Notes: generated by a model from the letters alone, not told the origin. A stretch of 64,000 bases of DNA from an uncultured Planctomycetales bacterium (GCA_964468745.1 CAYXVY010000140.1:5945-69944), one strand, 5' to 3'. Counted from the first letter of the stretch, positions 17,766 through 28,273 are shown. Made by a program: numbers and translations.

Positions 17766-18527
17766 ATGAGTATCACGGCTGACCCCGCGGTTGAATTCCA
17801 CGACGTCGTCAAACGCTTCCACCGCGTCCACGCCCCGATGGGATTGAAGTACGCGATGCTGCATCCCGCGGAGTTCGTCCGCGTGTGGCGCTCGGCCCCG
17901 ACCTTCACGGCGCTCGACGGGGTGTCCTTCACGGTGAAGCGCGGAGAGTCGCTGGGGATCTGCGGCCGAAACGGCAGCGGGAAGAGCACGACGATGACGT
18001 TGATGGCGGGCGTAATGCGTCCGACGAGCGGCCGCGTGGTCGTGCGCGGGAGGATCGCGCCGCTGCTGGCGCTCGGCGCCGGTTTTCATCCGGACTTGAG
18101 CGGGTCGGACAACATCACGCTGAACGGGCTGCTCCTCGGCCTGTCCCGGCGGGAGATCGCGGAGCGTCGCGAGGCGATCATCGAGTTCGCCGGGCTGCGC
18201 GAGTTCATCAACGAGCCGATGCGCACATACTCCTCCGGCATGTTCATGAGGCTGGGGTTCGCGGTGGCGGCGCATACCGATCCCGAGGTCCTGCTGGTGG
18301 ACGAGCTGTTGTCGGTCGGCGACTTCGAGTTCCAGGCGAAGTGCAAGGCGAAGATGCACGAGTTCCGGAAGTCCGGCGTCACGATCGTCTTCGTGAGTCA
18401 CACGGTGGCGGAGATGGAAGCGATGTGCGATCGCGCGATCTGGCTCGACGGCGGGAAGGCGCGCATGGACGGCACGCCGGTCGAGGTGGACAAGGCTTAT
18501 CGCGGCGCGCTGGGGGCGGCGTCGTAG
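17766..18527 (+). CDS. wzt: ABC transporter ATP-binding protein for polysaccharide export (Wzt/TagH/KpsT-like); no C-terminal carbohydrate-binding extension
   Basis: Walker A GRNGSGKST, ABC signature YSSGMFMRLGFA, Walker B LLVDELLSVGD, H-loop. Track ORF starts at 17754 (TTG); the ATG at 17766 (MSITADPAVEFHDV) is preferred. Confidence 0.85.
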   Translation: MSITADPAVEFHDVVKRFHRVHAPMGLKYAMLHPAEFVRVWRSAPTFTALDGVSFTVKRGESLGICGRNGSGKSTTMTLMAGVMRPTSGRVVVRGRIAPLLALGAGFHPDLSGSDNITLNGLLLGLSRREIAERREAIIEFAGLREFINEPMRTYSSGMFMRLGFAVAAHTDPEVLLVDELLSVGDFEFQAKCKAKMHEFRKSGVTIVFVSHTVAEMEAMCDRAIWLDGGKARMDGTPVEVDKAYRGALGAAS

Positions 18528-19549
18528 AGCCGCCGAAGATCGACCCCCTTGCGGCGCAGCGAGAGCGGCCCTTCGAGGTCGCGGTGCAGGTACGAGCAGA
18601 CGACCCCCGCGGCGGCGACAGCCAAGCGCACGGCGGAGGCCGGCGTGTGGAAGACGCCGAGGAACGAGCGACGAGCGTCGGCCCAGCGGCGCTGGACGAG
18701 CAGGTGTCGGCCGATCGTGAGGCGCACGGCCGCCCAGTAGCGGTCCCAGCGATGGGCGACGAGAGCGGGGTCGGGCTTGGGTTCGGGGAGGACGTCGTGG
18801 TGACGGCGCGCGAAGTCGACGGCAAAGCGGGCGTCGGCGCGGAGCATCGACTCAAGTTCGTCGGACGAGTTCGCTCCCGCGGGGTGTCGCCGCCAGAAGC
18901 CAAGCACTTCCGGGACGAAGTGGAATTTCCCGTGGAGGGCGAGCGTGAGGCAGGTCGCGTAGTCGACGGCGTGGCCGTCGTCCACGGACTGCAGGCCGCC
19001 GATGGCCTCGAGGGCGGAGCGCCGGATGAGGGTCGCGGGGGGATAGGTGAAGACCCCTTCGTCGGCGGAGAGCATGACGTGCGCGGCCGAGCCGACGGGA
19101 TTGTTCGATAGGATGCCGCCTGATCCCCGAGCCAGGAGCTGCGCGGTCGGGGTGGTCGCGTCGATCAGGGCGCCCGCGACGTCGACATGCTGGGTGATGC
19201 CGTAGGCGAGGACGACGGCCGGGTCGCGAAGGGGCGGGAGGAGCGATTCGAGGAAGTTGGGGGCCCAGTAGTCGTCCCCTTCGAGGAGGGCGATGAAGGG
19301 GCCGCGGGCATTTTCGAGGGCGCGGGCGTAGGTGTCCTTGAGGGCGTGTCGGCCCTGGCGGGGCTGGCAGATGATCTGGATGCGGGGGTCGCGGCGTGCG
19401 GCGATGAGTTCGACGGTGCGGTCCGTCGAGCCGTCATCGACAACGATCATGTGCCAGTCCTGGACGGTCTGGTTGAGGACGGAGTCGAGCATGCGGTCGA
19501 TGAACCGCTCGTGGTTGCAGGTCGGGGTGAGGATGGAGATCAGCGGCAT
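18497..19549 (-). CDS. Glycosyltransferase family 2
   Basis: ISILTPTCNHERFIDRMLDSVLNQT...MIVVDDGSTDRT is the GT2 N-terminal signature, followed by a DxD-type region. Confidence 0.75.
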   Translation of the reverse strand: MPLISILTPTCNHERFIDRMLDSVLNQTVQDWHMIVVDDGSTDRTVELIAARRDPRIQIICQPRQGRHALKDTYARALENARGPFIALLEGDDYWAPNFLESLLPPLRDPAVVLAYGITQHVDVAGALIDATTPTAQLLARGSGGILSNNPVGSAAHVMLSADEGVFTYPPATLIRRSALEAIGGLQSVDDGHAVDYATCLTLALHGKFHFVPEVLGFWRRHPAGANSSDELESMLRADARFAVDFARRHHDVLPEPKPDPALVAHRWDRYWAAVRLTIGRHLLVQRRWADARRSFLGVFHTPASAVRLAVAAAGVVCSYLHRDLEGPLSLRRKGVDLRRLYDAAPSAPR

Positions 19550-19642
19550 GCGAACTTATTGTTACGATTTGCGGGCGGTTGGGACACGGAATATTTCGGT
19601 CGCGCGACGGGGTCAGATCGAGACAGCCGGGATCGTGCATGA

Positions 19643-22015
19643 TTGAGCAACACGTCCAAGAACTCTGCATTGCGTGGGCACCAAGCTGCGGCTACCTTTT
19701 GGGGCTCACTGCTTCAACGTCTCACACGGTCACTGCTGTCCGCCTGGCGATGGAAGCCACATCAGATCCGGTTCAAACCGGTTCGTGATCTGCGCGCCTT
19801 CGGCTCGACCTATGCCAGCACGGAAGACCCGCAGGGGTTCGCGCTTTCCACGAGCGAAAGCTCGCTGCCCAATGGCTGGGCCCGAGTCACCCTGTTGTAC
19901 GCAACAAGTGATCTGCCCGTAGAGCCCATTCTTTACTTCGATACGGGGACGGGCTTCTCGGAGCAAAACAGGATCGTGCTTCCGAGAGGCCTCCGCGGCC
20001 GCGCAGCTGTTCTGGTCAAACTGCCCGATCACGTCGCTGCTTTGCGTCTCTACCCGCTGCGCACCGTGGATCGAATGGACCAACTCCAAGTCGAGATCGT
20101 CGAGATGGGCTGGCTGCAGGTGAGCGTACTGATGGCATGCGAGATCTTACGCAGCGTGGCACATCGCCAGGAGTCGCTCCACGCACTCGCCGTCGACGCC
20201 TGGAACGCATTCCGCCGGGGCGGCTGGAGTCACTTCATGCACTGGTACATCCGTGCGTACACCGGCGACCGCTCCAATCAGTCCGCATACCGCGTTTGGG
20301 TCCAATCCTACGACACGCTCGACGAGTCAGCACGCGCCTCCATCCGACGGCGCATCGATTCCTTCGCCCGCAAACCGGTCATCTCCGTCATCATGGCAAC
20401 GCGCAACTCGAACCTGGATCATCTTTGCGCCGCCATCGACTCTGTACGCGGGCAGCTCTATCCAGCTTGGGAACTGTGCATCGCCGACGACGCATCGAGC
20501 AGCCCGGCGATCCTCGACCTCCTGCGCTCGTGCGCGGCAAAGGATTCGCGAATCAAACTCGCATTTTGCGATGCGCCCGGGCAAGTAGCCGAGGCATCGA
20601 ACACGGCGCTTTCCCTCGCCTCGGGCGAATTCGCGACGTTCTTCGACGACGATGATCTGCTGGCAGAAGATGCGCTGTTTCACGTCGCGCTCGAGTCCGA
20701 ACGCTTTCCCGATGCCGACCTCTTTTATAGCGACGATGACAAGCTCGATCTGGATGGCGCCCGCTGCGAGCCGAATTTCAAGCCCGACTGGAATCCAGAT
20801 CTGCTGCTCGGTCAGAACTACTTGCACCGTCTCGCTGTCTACCGCATGAGACTGCTGCATGAACTGAATGGGCTTCGCTCCGGATTCGACGGCAGTCAAG
20901 ATTGGGATGTCGCCCTTCGGGCCATTGAGCGGCTCGACGCTTCGCGTATCCGCCACATTCCCCGCGTCCTGTATCACTGGCGAGTCTCCCCGGGCTCAAT
21001 GTCTCTGGGACAGGGTGACGCGCCTCACGTCCGGGAATCGCAACGCCATGTGCTGGCCGACCACCTGCAGAGGCGCGGCATCGCGGCGATCGTCGAGCCG
21101 AACGGCGCTAATTGGCGCATACGCCGCGCGCTTCCGTCCTTGCGGCCGCGAGTGAGCGTCATCGTTCCCACGCGGGACCATGCCGATCTTCTGCGCGCCT
21201 GCATCGAGAGCATCCGGTCGCGCAGCACATATGGGCCCGTCGAACTCGTTATCGTGGACAACGGATCGAAAGAGCCGGCGACGCTGGCTTATCTCTCAGA
21301 ACTTGCCGCAACCGCCGGTGCGCGCGTGATCCGCGACGACCGACCGTTCAATTACGCCGCCCTGATGAATCGCGCGGTCGCGCATGCAAGCGGAGAGATC
21401 GTCGCGCTCGTGAACAATGACATCGAAGTACTCTCGCCCGACTGGCTGGAGGAAATGGTTTCGCACGCGCTGCGGTCCGAAGTGGGCGCCGTGGGCTGCA
21501 TGCTTTACTATCCGAATTGGAAGATCCAACATGGCGGCATGATCGTCGGTGCGACCGGCGTCGCTCGCCATGCGTACGTGTGGCGGTCGCGCGGCGACGA
21601 GGGCTACAGCGGTCGTGGACGCTTAGTACAGAATCTCTCGGCGGTCACGGGCGCATGCATCGTCATCCGTCGTGATGTCTATCGCGAAGTCGGGGGTATG
21701 GACGAGGAGCACGTCGGGGTTGCCTTCAACGACATCGATTTCTGCCTGCGCCTTCGTGCGGCAGGATATCGGATCGTGTGGACGCCGCATGCAGAGCTCA
21801 TTCATCACGAATCTGCCAGCCGTGGTTCCGACGAGACGCCTGAGCGTGTGGGTCGATTCCGGCGTGAATTGGAATGGATGCGCGAGCGGTGGGAACCTGA
21901 GTTGCGGAACGACCCTGCGTACAATCCCAATCTCGCAGTCGACTGCGAGCCGTTCGAGCTCGCATTTCCGCCGCGCACGCCGCGCGGACGTTCTTGCGTC
22001 AATGAGCGACGATAG
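19643..22015 (+). CDS. Large glycosyltransferase with two tandem GT2 domains and a ~230-aa N-terminal region of unknown function
   Basis: First GT2 domain ISVIMATRNSNLDHLCAAIDSV...CIADDASS...FFDDDDLL. Second GT2 domain VSVIVPTRDHADLLRACIESI...VIVDNGS...NNDIEVLSPDWL. Confidence 0.75.
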   Translation: MSNTSKNSALRGHQAAATFWGSLLQRLTRSLLSAWRWKPHQIRFKPVRDLRAFGSTYASTEDPQGFALSTSESSLPNGWARVTLLYATSDLPVEPILYFDTGTGFSEQNRIVLPRGLRGRAAVLVKLPDHVAALRLYPLRTVDRMDQLQVEIVEMGWLQVSVLMACEILRSVAHRQESLHALAVDAWNAFRRGGWSHFMHWYIRAYTGDRSNQSAYRVWVQSYDTLDESARASIRRRIDSFARKPVISVIMATRNSNLDHLCAAIDSVRGQLYPAWELCIADDASSSPAILDLLRSCAAKDSRIKLAFCDAPGQVAEASNTALSLASGEFATFFDDDDLLAEDALFHVALESERFPDADLFYSDDDKLDLDGARCEPNFKPDWNPDLLLGQNYLHRLAVYRMRLLHELNGLRSGFDGSQDWDVALRAIERLDASRIRHIPRVLYHWRVSPGSMSLGQGDAPHVRESQRHVLADHLQRRGIAAIVEPNGANWRIRRALPSLRPRVSVIVPTRDHADLLRACIESIRSRSTYGPVELVIVDNGSKEPATLAYLSELAATAGARVIRDDRPFNYAALMNRAVAHASGEIVALVNNDIEVLSPDWLEEMVSHALRSEVGAVGCMLYYPNWKIQHGGMIVGATGVARHAYVWRSRGDEGYSGRGRLVQNLSAVTGACIVIRRDVYREVGGMDEEHVGVAFNDIDFCLRLRAAGYRIVWTPHAELIHHESASRGSDETPERVGRFRRELEWMRERWEPELRNDPAYNPNLAVDCEPFELAFPPRTPRGRSCVNERR

Positions 22016-22106
22016 TCGCCGCATGCGCGCTTGAACGCTTCTGAAGCAGCGCTCGAACAGAAGTGCTTGACTCTGTTCCGGCACCCTCGTATCACGCACC
22101 GACCGG

Positions 22107-24749
22107 ATGGCGAACGAACAGTTGGGACGCGGCACCGCTGCCTGCACTATCATCGCGAAGAACTACCTCGCCCAAGCGCGCGTGCTCGCGCGTTCATTCA
22201 AGCGCGAACACCCGGACTCCGGAATGTTCGTCCTCGTCATTGACGACATTGAGGGCTTCGTCGACGCTTCGCAGGAACCGTTCGAGACGCTCACGTTAGG
22301 CGAGCTTGCGATCCCCGACGTGCAGTCGCTCTGTTTCAAATACACGGTAATGGAGCTGGCAACGGCGGTGAAGCCGTTCCTGCTGCAATTCCTGCTGGAT
22401 CGACGGGGTGTTCAACGGCTGCTGTACCTGGATCCCGACATCCAGGTGACCAGCGACCTCTCGCAGCTCTTCGAGCGGCTACTGCAGAAGTCGATCATGC
22501 TGACCCCTCACATTACACGCGCGATCGATGACGGGTCGTTCGCGAGCGAGGTCCGCATTATGCAGTCGGGGACGTACAATCTCGGTTTCATCGGGATCTC
22601 GGACACGCCGACGACGCGAGAGATGCTCGCGTGGTGGCAGAAGCGATGCCACGACCACTGCGTGAGCCGTCCAGAGCAGGGCCTGTTCGTCGACCAGAAG
22701 TGGATCGACCTCGTTCCGGGTCTCTTCGGGGATGTGGACGTGATCCGAGAGCCCGGCTACAACGTCGCGTACTGGAACCTCCATGAGCGCGAGGTCACGA
22801 TCAACTCGCCTCCCCTGGTAAACGGCCAGACGCTGCGCTTTTTTCACTTCAGCGGGTATGACCCCGACAAGCCGCACATCGTTTCGAAGCACCAGACCCG
22901 CTTCAACATGAACGAGGTGGGGGACGCGGAGCGCCTCTTCGGAGAGTACGGGCGGCGGCTCGGCGAGGAGGGATATCACGAGAGCATCCGCTGGCCCTAC
23001 TCGTTTGACGCGTTTGACAATGGCGTGCGGATCCTGCCGTTGATGCGCGACCTCTATTATCGCCTGGGCAGCCAGCGGGAGGCGTTTGGCGACCCCTTCG
23101 TAACGAGGGGCGACAACACGTTCTCTCGCTGGATGAATGCGCCTGCGCCGGGCGAGCCGCAATCTCCTCCTTATGTCTCGCACCTGGCAGCGCACTGTTG
23201 GGAGATCCGCGAGGATCTGAGACAAACGTTCCCGGAGTATCGCGGCGCGCAGCGCGCCAGTTTCCTTCGGTGGTTCGCGTCGGACGGCATCGCGTATTTC
23301 GGATTGGATTCCGTGACGGCGGAAGAGATCCGGCGTCAGGCGTCGGGCAACAGGATTCCCGAGCAAGCCATCGCTCCTCGAGCGACGGCCATTTCCAATT
23401 CGGCGCACTGCCGGGTTTGTGCGGTTCAGGCGATACTCGATCGCTGGCGCTTGCGCGCCCCGGCAAAGGAATTGGTGCTGGGGCATGGTGCGCCGAGCCC
23501 GTTGCTGCGGCTGCTGCGCTGGCTGGGAAGGCGCGGAGTGATGACCAACCTCCGGAAGAGTCTCCGTCCCTGTGCCAAACATGAGCTTCTGGTAAAGCGG
23601 CTGGGGGCGGATCTATCGGCTTCGCGCGAGAAGCGAACCTGCGTTGGGCCGTTCGGACTGAACGCGGCAGGGTATTACACGACCGAGAGCGGCATCGGCG
23701 AAGCGGCGCGGCTCATGGCGCGGAGCTTCGAGAGCGTGGAATTGCCGCACGTCCTCATCAACTTCGACCGCAGTTACGGGTTGCGACGCGACGATCGGAC
23801 GTACACGAAATTCTCGACCTCGAACCCGTACGCGATCAATCTGGTGCAGGTGAACGCGGACGAGGTTCCCGCCTTTGTCACCTTCGTGGGTGAGCAGTAC
23901 TTCGAAGGAAAGTACAACATTGGATCGTGGCTCTGGGAGTTGCCGGACTTTCCACTGGATTGGGCGGATCGGTTCGACCGTTTCGACGAGATCTGGGCGT
24001 CGAGCTGTTTCACGGCGGCGGCGCTGCGCAAGGCAACATCGCTTCCCGTCACGGTCGTGCCGTATCCGTTGGCCGCGCCTGCGCCTGTTGTTCATGGTCG
24101 CGACCACTTTGGCATCGCAGAGGACGCTTTCGTCTTCCTCTTCATATTCGATTTCATGAGCGTTTTCGAGCGCAAGAATCCGTTGGCGACGATCGAGGCC
24201 TTCCTGCGTGCGTTTCCCGGGCGCCGCGACGTAAGGCTCGTGATCAAGTGCTCGAATTCGCGGATCGACCCCGAGAATGCAGCTCGCCTCAGACAGGCGG
24301 CGGAGCGCGGACTTGTGCAGATCATTGACGGGTATCTGTCGCGCACCGAAGTAAACGATCTGGTTGCCTGCTGCGACGCCTACGTCTCGCTCCATCGTTC
24401 CGAGGGATTCGGCCTGACGCTCGCGGAGGCGATGACGCGCGGGAAGCCAGTCATTGGCACGGATTTCTCCGGCAACACGGACTTCATGAACGCCTCGAAC
24501 AGCTTTCCAGTGCGCTGCAAGGTCATCGAGCTAACGCGGGACGTGGGACCTTACCGCCGAGGCTCCCGCTGGGCGGAGGCAGACGTCGACCATGCGGCAG
24601 ACCGGATGCGCAACGTGTTGGACGATCGCGAAAGTTCCGCCGCCATCGGCACCGCGGCCGCTGCATATATGGCCGAACACCATAGCCCTACGGCGGTGGG
24701 TGCCACTATCGACGTCCGACTTAGGGCGATCCAAAAGCACATGAGATGA
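22107..24749 (+). CDS. Two-domain glycosyltransferase: N-terminal GT-A-like nucleotide-sugar transferase domain (DxD: YLDPDIQV) + C-terminal GT4 domain
   Basis: N-terminus TIIAKNYLAQARVLARSFK...YLDPDIQV is GT-A-like. C-terminus ...VSLHRSEGFGLTLAEAMTRGKPVIGTDFSGNTDFM is GT4. Confidence 0.7.
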   Translation: MANEQLGRGTAACTIIAKNYLAQARVLARSFKREHPDSGMFVLVIDDIEGFVDASQEPFETLTLGELAIPDVQSLCFKYTVMELATAVKPFLLQFLLDRRGVQRLLYLDPDIQVTSDLSQLFERLLQKSIMLTPHITRAIDDGSFASEVRIMQSGTYNLGFIGISDTPTTREMLAWWQKRCHDHCVSRPEQGLFVDQKWIDLVPGLFGDVDVIREPGYNVAYWNLHEREVTINSPPLVNGQTLRFFHFSGYDPDKPHIVSKHQTRFNMNEVGDAERLFGEYGRRLGEEGYHESIRWPYSFDAFDNGVRILPLMRDLYYRLGSQREAFGDPFVTRGDNTFSRWMNAPAPGEPQSPPYVSHLAAHCWEIREDLRQTFPEYRGAQRASFLRWFASDGIAYFGLDSVTAEEIRRQASGNRIPEQAIAPRATAISNSAHCRVCAVQAILDRWRLRAPAKELVLGHGAPSPLLRLLRWLGRRGVMTNLRKSLRPCAKHELLVKRLGADLSASREKRTCVGPFGLNAAGYYTTESGIGEAARLMARSFESVELPHVLINFDRSYGLRRDDRTYTKFSTSNPYAINLVQVNADEVPAFVTFVGEQYFEGKYNIGSWLWELPDFPLDWADRFDRFDEIWASSCFTAAALRKATSLPVTVVPYPLAAPAPVVHGRDHFGIAEDAFVFLFIFDFMSVFERKNPLATIEAFLRAFPGRRDVRLVIKCSNSRIDPENAARLRQAAERGLVQIIDGYLSRTEVNDLVACCDAYVSLHRSEGFGLTLAEAMTRGKPVIGTDFSGNTDFMNASNSFPVRCKVIELTRDVGPYRRGSRWAEADVDHAADRMRNVLDDRESSAAIGTAAAAYMAEHHSPTAVGATIDVRLRAIQKHMR

Positions 24750-24778
24750 ACCGGCGCGATGTCTGAGCCTGCCGGCGA

Positions 24779-25945
24779 CTACCGTCTGAGCCGCAGCAGA
24801 GCTCGCGTTGTTTCCCCCTCATGGACTGCTTCGCTGAGGATCTCCATGCGGAGTCCAATCGACGCTCCGAGTTTCTTGAAGGCATTCAGATTCCACTCGA
24901 CAAGTGCGCGCGTTCCGCGGGTTTCAGAGACATCCTTCGCACAAAATATATCGGCGAGAATGCGACCTCCATCTCCCATGCACCTCGTGGCGTCAGTTAG
25001 GAGTCCGCGAGACTCATGCGGATAGGTGTGCGTTAGGACGCTCATGAAGAGCACAAAATCGAAGGGTCCTCCAACAATTTCGAGTGGCAGACTGGCGTCC
25101 ATATTCCGCGTGAAGGAAAATGTGGAGCGACTGTAGCGCTGTCTGCAGAAAGCCACAGGCTTTTCCGCGATATCTGTACCGCAGTAGCGCCCCGTCGAAT
25201 CCAAGAAGCTGTGTAGTGGTCGTGTTAACAGCCCTGTTCCGCAACCCACATCGAGTACGCGGGAATTGCGCGCCAATCCAAATTCCATCAACATGCGCAA
25301 CTTGTCGTCGCCCAGTGTGACGAACTGTTCCTCGGACGGAACTCCGACGACCGACCAGTAGTCGCGAGTAAAGTCGGCGTTTTCCCAGACAGTGGCATAT
25401 TCGCCAAAATCGCCAGGCCGCGCTCCAGCGATTTCAACTGTGATCGGTGAGACTCTTGAGCCCCGATCCTTGAACCAGGTAATGTTTTCGTGAACTAAGT
25501 CAAATTCGAGCGTACACAGACTTGGAGTGGCAGGCGCCTGAACTGTCGCGCGAACTAAGACCTCTGCGCCGGAATCAATATCGGTTGGAAAATCGGTCCG
25601 AATCCCGTCATAGACAAGTACTTTCCCGTCTTGTCGCAGCCAATGGTATGCCAGCCGAACGGCATTTGGTTTGTTTCCAGCAGGCCACCGATGGGGAGTA
25701 GCGTTACGAACGCGCACGGGCACTTGAACAATCTCTCCTTCGTGCAGCTTGGCAGGTGCCTCTAGTACGTGGATTTGGGCGCGGTATGCCACGCTGGGCA
25801 TGCTGTCCAGTGGCAAGGTGGGGTCGCCCAACTGCAGTTCTCCTTTTTCTGAGTCCGACTTAGTATCTGAGTTTTGCAGCAGATGCAAGAAGCGATTCGC
25901 CGAGAGCCTTCGAATCTCGCGAGCTATTTCTTCGCCGGTTGACAT
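24779..25945 (-). CDS. Class I SAM-dependent methyltransferase (C-terminal) with a ~190-aa N-terminal domain of unknown function
   Basis: VLDVGCGTGLL (SAM-binding motif I) and downstream motifs (FDFVLFMSVLTH). Noticeably AT-richer than the background. Confidence 0.7.
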   Translation of the reverse strand: MSTGEEIAREIRRLSANRFLHLLQNSDTKSDSEKGELQLGDPTLPLDSMPSVAYRAQIHVLEAPAKLHEGEIVQVPVRVRNATPHRWPAGNKPNAVRLAYHWLRQDGKVLVYDGIRTDFPTDIDSGAEVLVRATVQAPATPSLCTLEFDLVHENITWFKDRGSRVSPITVEIAGARPGDFGEYATVWENADFTRDYWSVVGVPSEEQFVTLGDDKLRMLMEFGLARNSRVLDVGCGTGLLTRPLHSFLDSTGRYCGTDIAEKPVAFCRQRYSRSTFSFTRNMDASLPLEIVGGPFDFVLFMSVLTHTYPHESRGLLTDATRCMGDGGRILADIFCAKDVSETRGTRALVEWNLNAFKKLGASIGLRMEILSEAVHEGETTRALLRLRR

Positions 25946-25982
25946 AGGATCGACGCGCCCGATAAGCTCCGCTGGCGAACGA

Positions 25983-27293
25983 ATGGATAACCACTTGCAT
26001 CGCGTTGAGATTCAGCACGTTGCCCCGACCACCGTTGATCCCTTGGTGCTCTGGGGGGCAGGGCTGAACTCGCCCACGCTTGGTACGAGCGGCAGTTACT
26101 CAATTGGAATTGCAGGTTGGGTATTACCGCGCGCGGGACAAAGGGCTAAAGTCCAGTTCACTTGTGGACGCCGAATCCTCAGTGAACTAGAAATTGACCG
26201 GTGGCGACCTGACGTGCTGAAGCACTTCCCCGATATTCCCGGTGCCGAGCATTGCGGATTCTACGGGTCGCTACGGACGGTAGAACTCCCTAGTCAGTTC
26301 GATATCCAGATCTCCATCAAGTTGGAAGGCCACGGATTGCTTCCCATGACGACCATTCGCGGCTGTCGCAATTCCATCGTTCCTGCGCCGGTGGAATCAC
26401 TGCGTCCAATCTTTATTACATCGTTAGGGCGCTGCGGCTCGACCTATCTCGCCCTGCTGCTAAAAAACCATCCCGAGATAGTAGTTGCTGGCCCCTTCCC
26501 GTACGAAAACCACGTACTCCCTTACTGGGTTTCAGTTTTCGAGACCCTCTCAGCTCCACAGTCTTTCTTAAAGCAGCTCGCCTCGCCCCTGCGTGGACAC
26601 TATTGGTGGCTGGGCGATGCGCGCGACTCAGTAGAGACCTACCTTGAGCGCTTTCCCAACGTAGATCTCGTTGGTGGCGACGCGGTTGACGCAGCCGCAA
26701 CGTTCTGTCGTGCTCGCGTTTACGCGTACGATGCACAACTTGCAGCACGCGTCGGCAAGCCGAAGGCTGTTTATTTCGCCGAGAAGTTACCTCCGTCCGG
26801 CCCCAACCCCCTCGCGGAACAACTGTTCCCCACGACGCGTGAAATCGTACTTCTTCGCGATCCCCGAGACATTATCGCGTCCGTGCTCGCGTTCAATCGA
26901 AAGCGGGGTTTCGCATCGTTTAGCCGCGAACTCGTTCAGAGCGATCTAGAGTATGTGGCTTCCATTCGACATCAGTGGCTCGCGCTGGCCGTCGGATGGC
27001 GGAACCGAAAGACAAATGCGATAGTTGTACGTTACGAAGATCTCATGGAGAAACGTGACGAGACCGTCCGAAGCGTCTTTGGTGCATTGAATCTGTCAGC
27101 TTCTGATGACGTGCTTCGACACGTGGTGGAAGCCTCCGCACAGGAAGATGTCGCTCTTCAAGAAGCTCATATGACATCAACAAGCACTGAAAGTTCGATT
27201 GGCAGATGGAAGCGGGAGCTTCCAAGTGAGCTCCAGAAAGCCTGCAGGGACACCCTAGGTGACGCGCTGGAGGAGTTCGGTTACGCAGTGTAA
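25983..27293 (+). CDS. Sulfotransferase family protein (PAPS-dependent)
   Basis: 5'-PSB motif ITSLGRCGSTYLALLL and 3'-PB motif LLRDPRDIIASV. Track ORF 25749..27293 overlaps the convergent methyltransferase gene by ~200 bp. Starting at the internal Met (MDNHLH..., 25983) removes the overlap and the low-complexity N-terminus. Confidence 0.75.
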   Translation: MDNHLHRVEIQHVAPTTVDPLVLWGAGLNSPTLGTSGSYSIGIAGWVLPRAGQRAKVQFTCGRRILSELEIDRWRPDVLKHFPDIPGAEHCGFYGSLRTVELPSQFDIQISIKLEGHGLLPMTTIRGCRNSIVPAPVESLRPIFITSLGRCGSTYLALLLKNHPEIVVAGPFPYENHVLPYWVSVFETLSAPQSFLKQLASPLRGHYWWLGDARDSVETYLERFPNVDLVGGDAVDAAATFCRARVYAYDAQLAARVGKPKAVYFAEKLPPSGPNPLAEQLFPTTREIVLLRDPRDIIASVLAFNRKRGFASFSRELVQSDLEYVASIRHQWLALAVGWRNRKTNAIVVRYEDLMEKRDETVRSVFGALNLSASDDVLRHVVEASAQEDVALQEAHMTSTSTESSIGRWKRELPSELQKACRDTLGDALEEFGYAV

Positions 27294-27412
27294 CCGCGCT
27301 TACCACGCTTTACTGGCATATCGAAAGTCAACGCCTCCGGACTTCGACGCGCGTACGCGCACCATTTCCTGATTCTGTCTCCGGTCTCCTGAATTCTGTA
27401 TCCTCTCCGCAC

Positions 27413-28150
27413 ATGCGCCACCGGTCCGAAGTCGCCTACTTCCAGCCCACCAGCTGGACTGTCGTCGAAGAAGCGCAGGACAAGGCCGGACCCGCGGCGC
27501 GTGCCGCCTACGAACGGCTCGCCGCCGGCTACTGGAAACCCACCTTCTTCTTCCTCCGCAAGCGCGGGCTCCGGCGCGAGAACGCCGAAGACGCCACCCA
27601 GGACTTCTTCGCCTACTTCTTCGACCGCGACTTCATCCAGAACGCCGACCCCGCCAAGGGGAAGTTCCGCACCTTCATCATCGCCCACCTCGAAAACTTC
27701 CTCGCCAACCAGCGGCGTAACGCCCACACCGTGCGACGCGGCAAAGGCACCCACACCATCAGCGCCGACTTCGGCGATGCCGAGCAGGAACTCTCCGGCA
27801 TGCCCGCCTCCATCGAAACCGCCGACGCCGTCTTCCTCCGCTCGTGGGCCCTCGAAACGATGGCCAAGGCGTGGGAGCTGCTCCGCCTCAAGATGATCGA
27901 GAGCGGCGAAGGCCACTACTTCGGCCCCCTCCACACCTTCTTCAACAACGTGAAGGACCGGCCCACCCGCGCCCAGCTCGAGGAACAGCTCGGCCTGTCC
28001 TACAAACAAGTCGACCACCTCATCGACGGGACGCGCAAGCAGTTCAAGGATCAGCTCCGCCTCGTCGTCCGTCCCACGGTCGAAAACGAGAGCGAAGTGA
28101 AGGCGGAAATCGTCGCACTCTTCGACGCCCTGGGCGCGACTCAGCCGTAA
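27413..28150 (+). CDS. ECF-type RNA polymerase sigma factor (sigma-70 regions 2 and 4)
   Basis: Region 2 (ENAEDATQDFFAYFF...FRTFIIAHLENFLANQRR) and a region 4 HTH (RAQLEEQLGLSYKQVDHLIDGTRKQFKDQL). 245 aa. Confidence 0.8.
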   Translation: MRHRSEVAYFQPTSWTVVEEAQDKAGPAARAAYERLAAGYWKPTFFFLRKRGLRRENAEDATQDFFAYFFDRDFIQNADPAKGKFRTFIIAHLENFLANQRRNAHTVRRGKGTHTISADFGDAEQELSGMPASIETADAVFLRSWALETMAKAWELLRLKMIESGEGHYFGPLHTFFNNVKDRPTRAQLEEQLGLSYKQVDHLIDGTRKQFKDQLRLVVRPTVENESEVKAEIVALFDALGATQP

Positions 28151-28273
28151 CCGGCCACCCGTCGCGGCACACCCGCGCCCGCACGCGCGTACCCCGATCA
28201 GACAATCCGCACTTTCCGCGCGCGGATTCGCACTTTCGTCCGGGAAGTCGCCCCAAACCTTACCTAAGGGAGT

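Noticed and set aside
25749-25982. N-terminal 78 codons of the sulfotransferase track ORF overlapping the methyltransferase gene on the opposite strand
   Set aside because: Low-complexity Ser/Arg-rich sequence with no similarity to sulfotransferase N-termini. The conserved fold starts after the internal Met at 25983, and accepting it removes a 197-bp antisense overlap.
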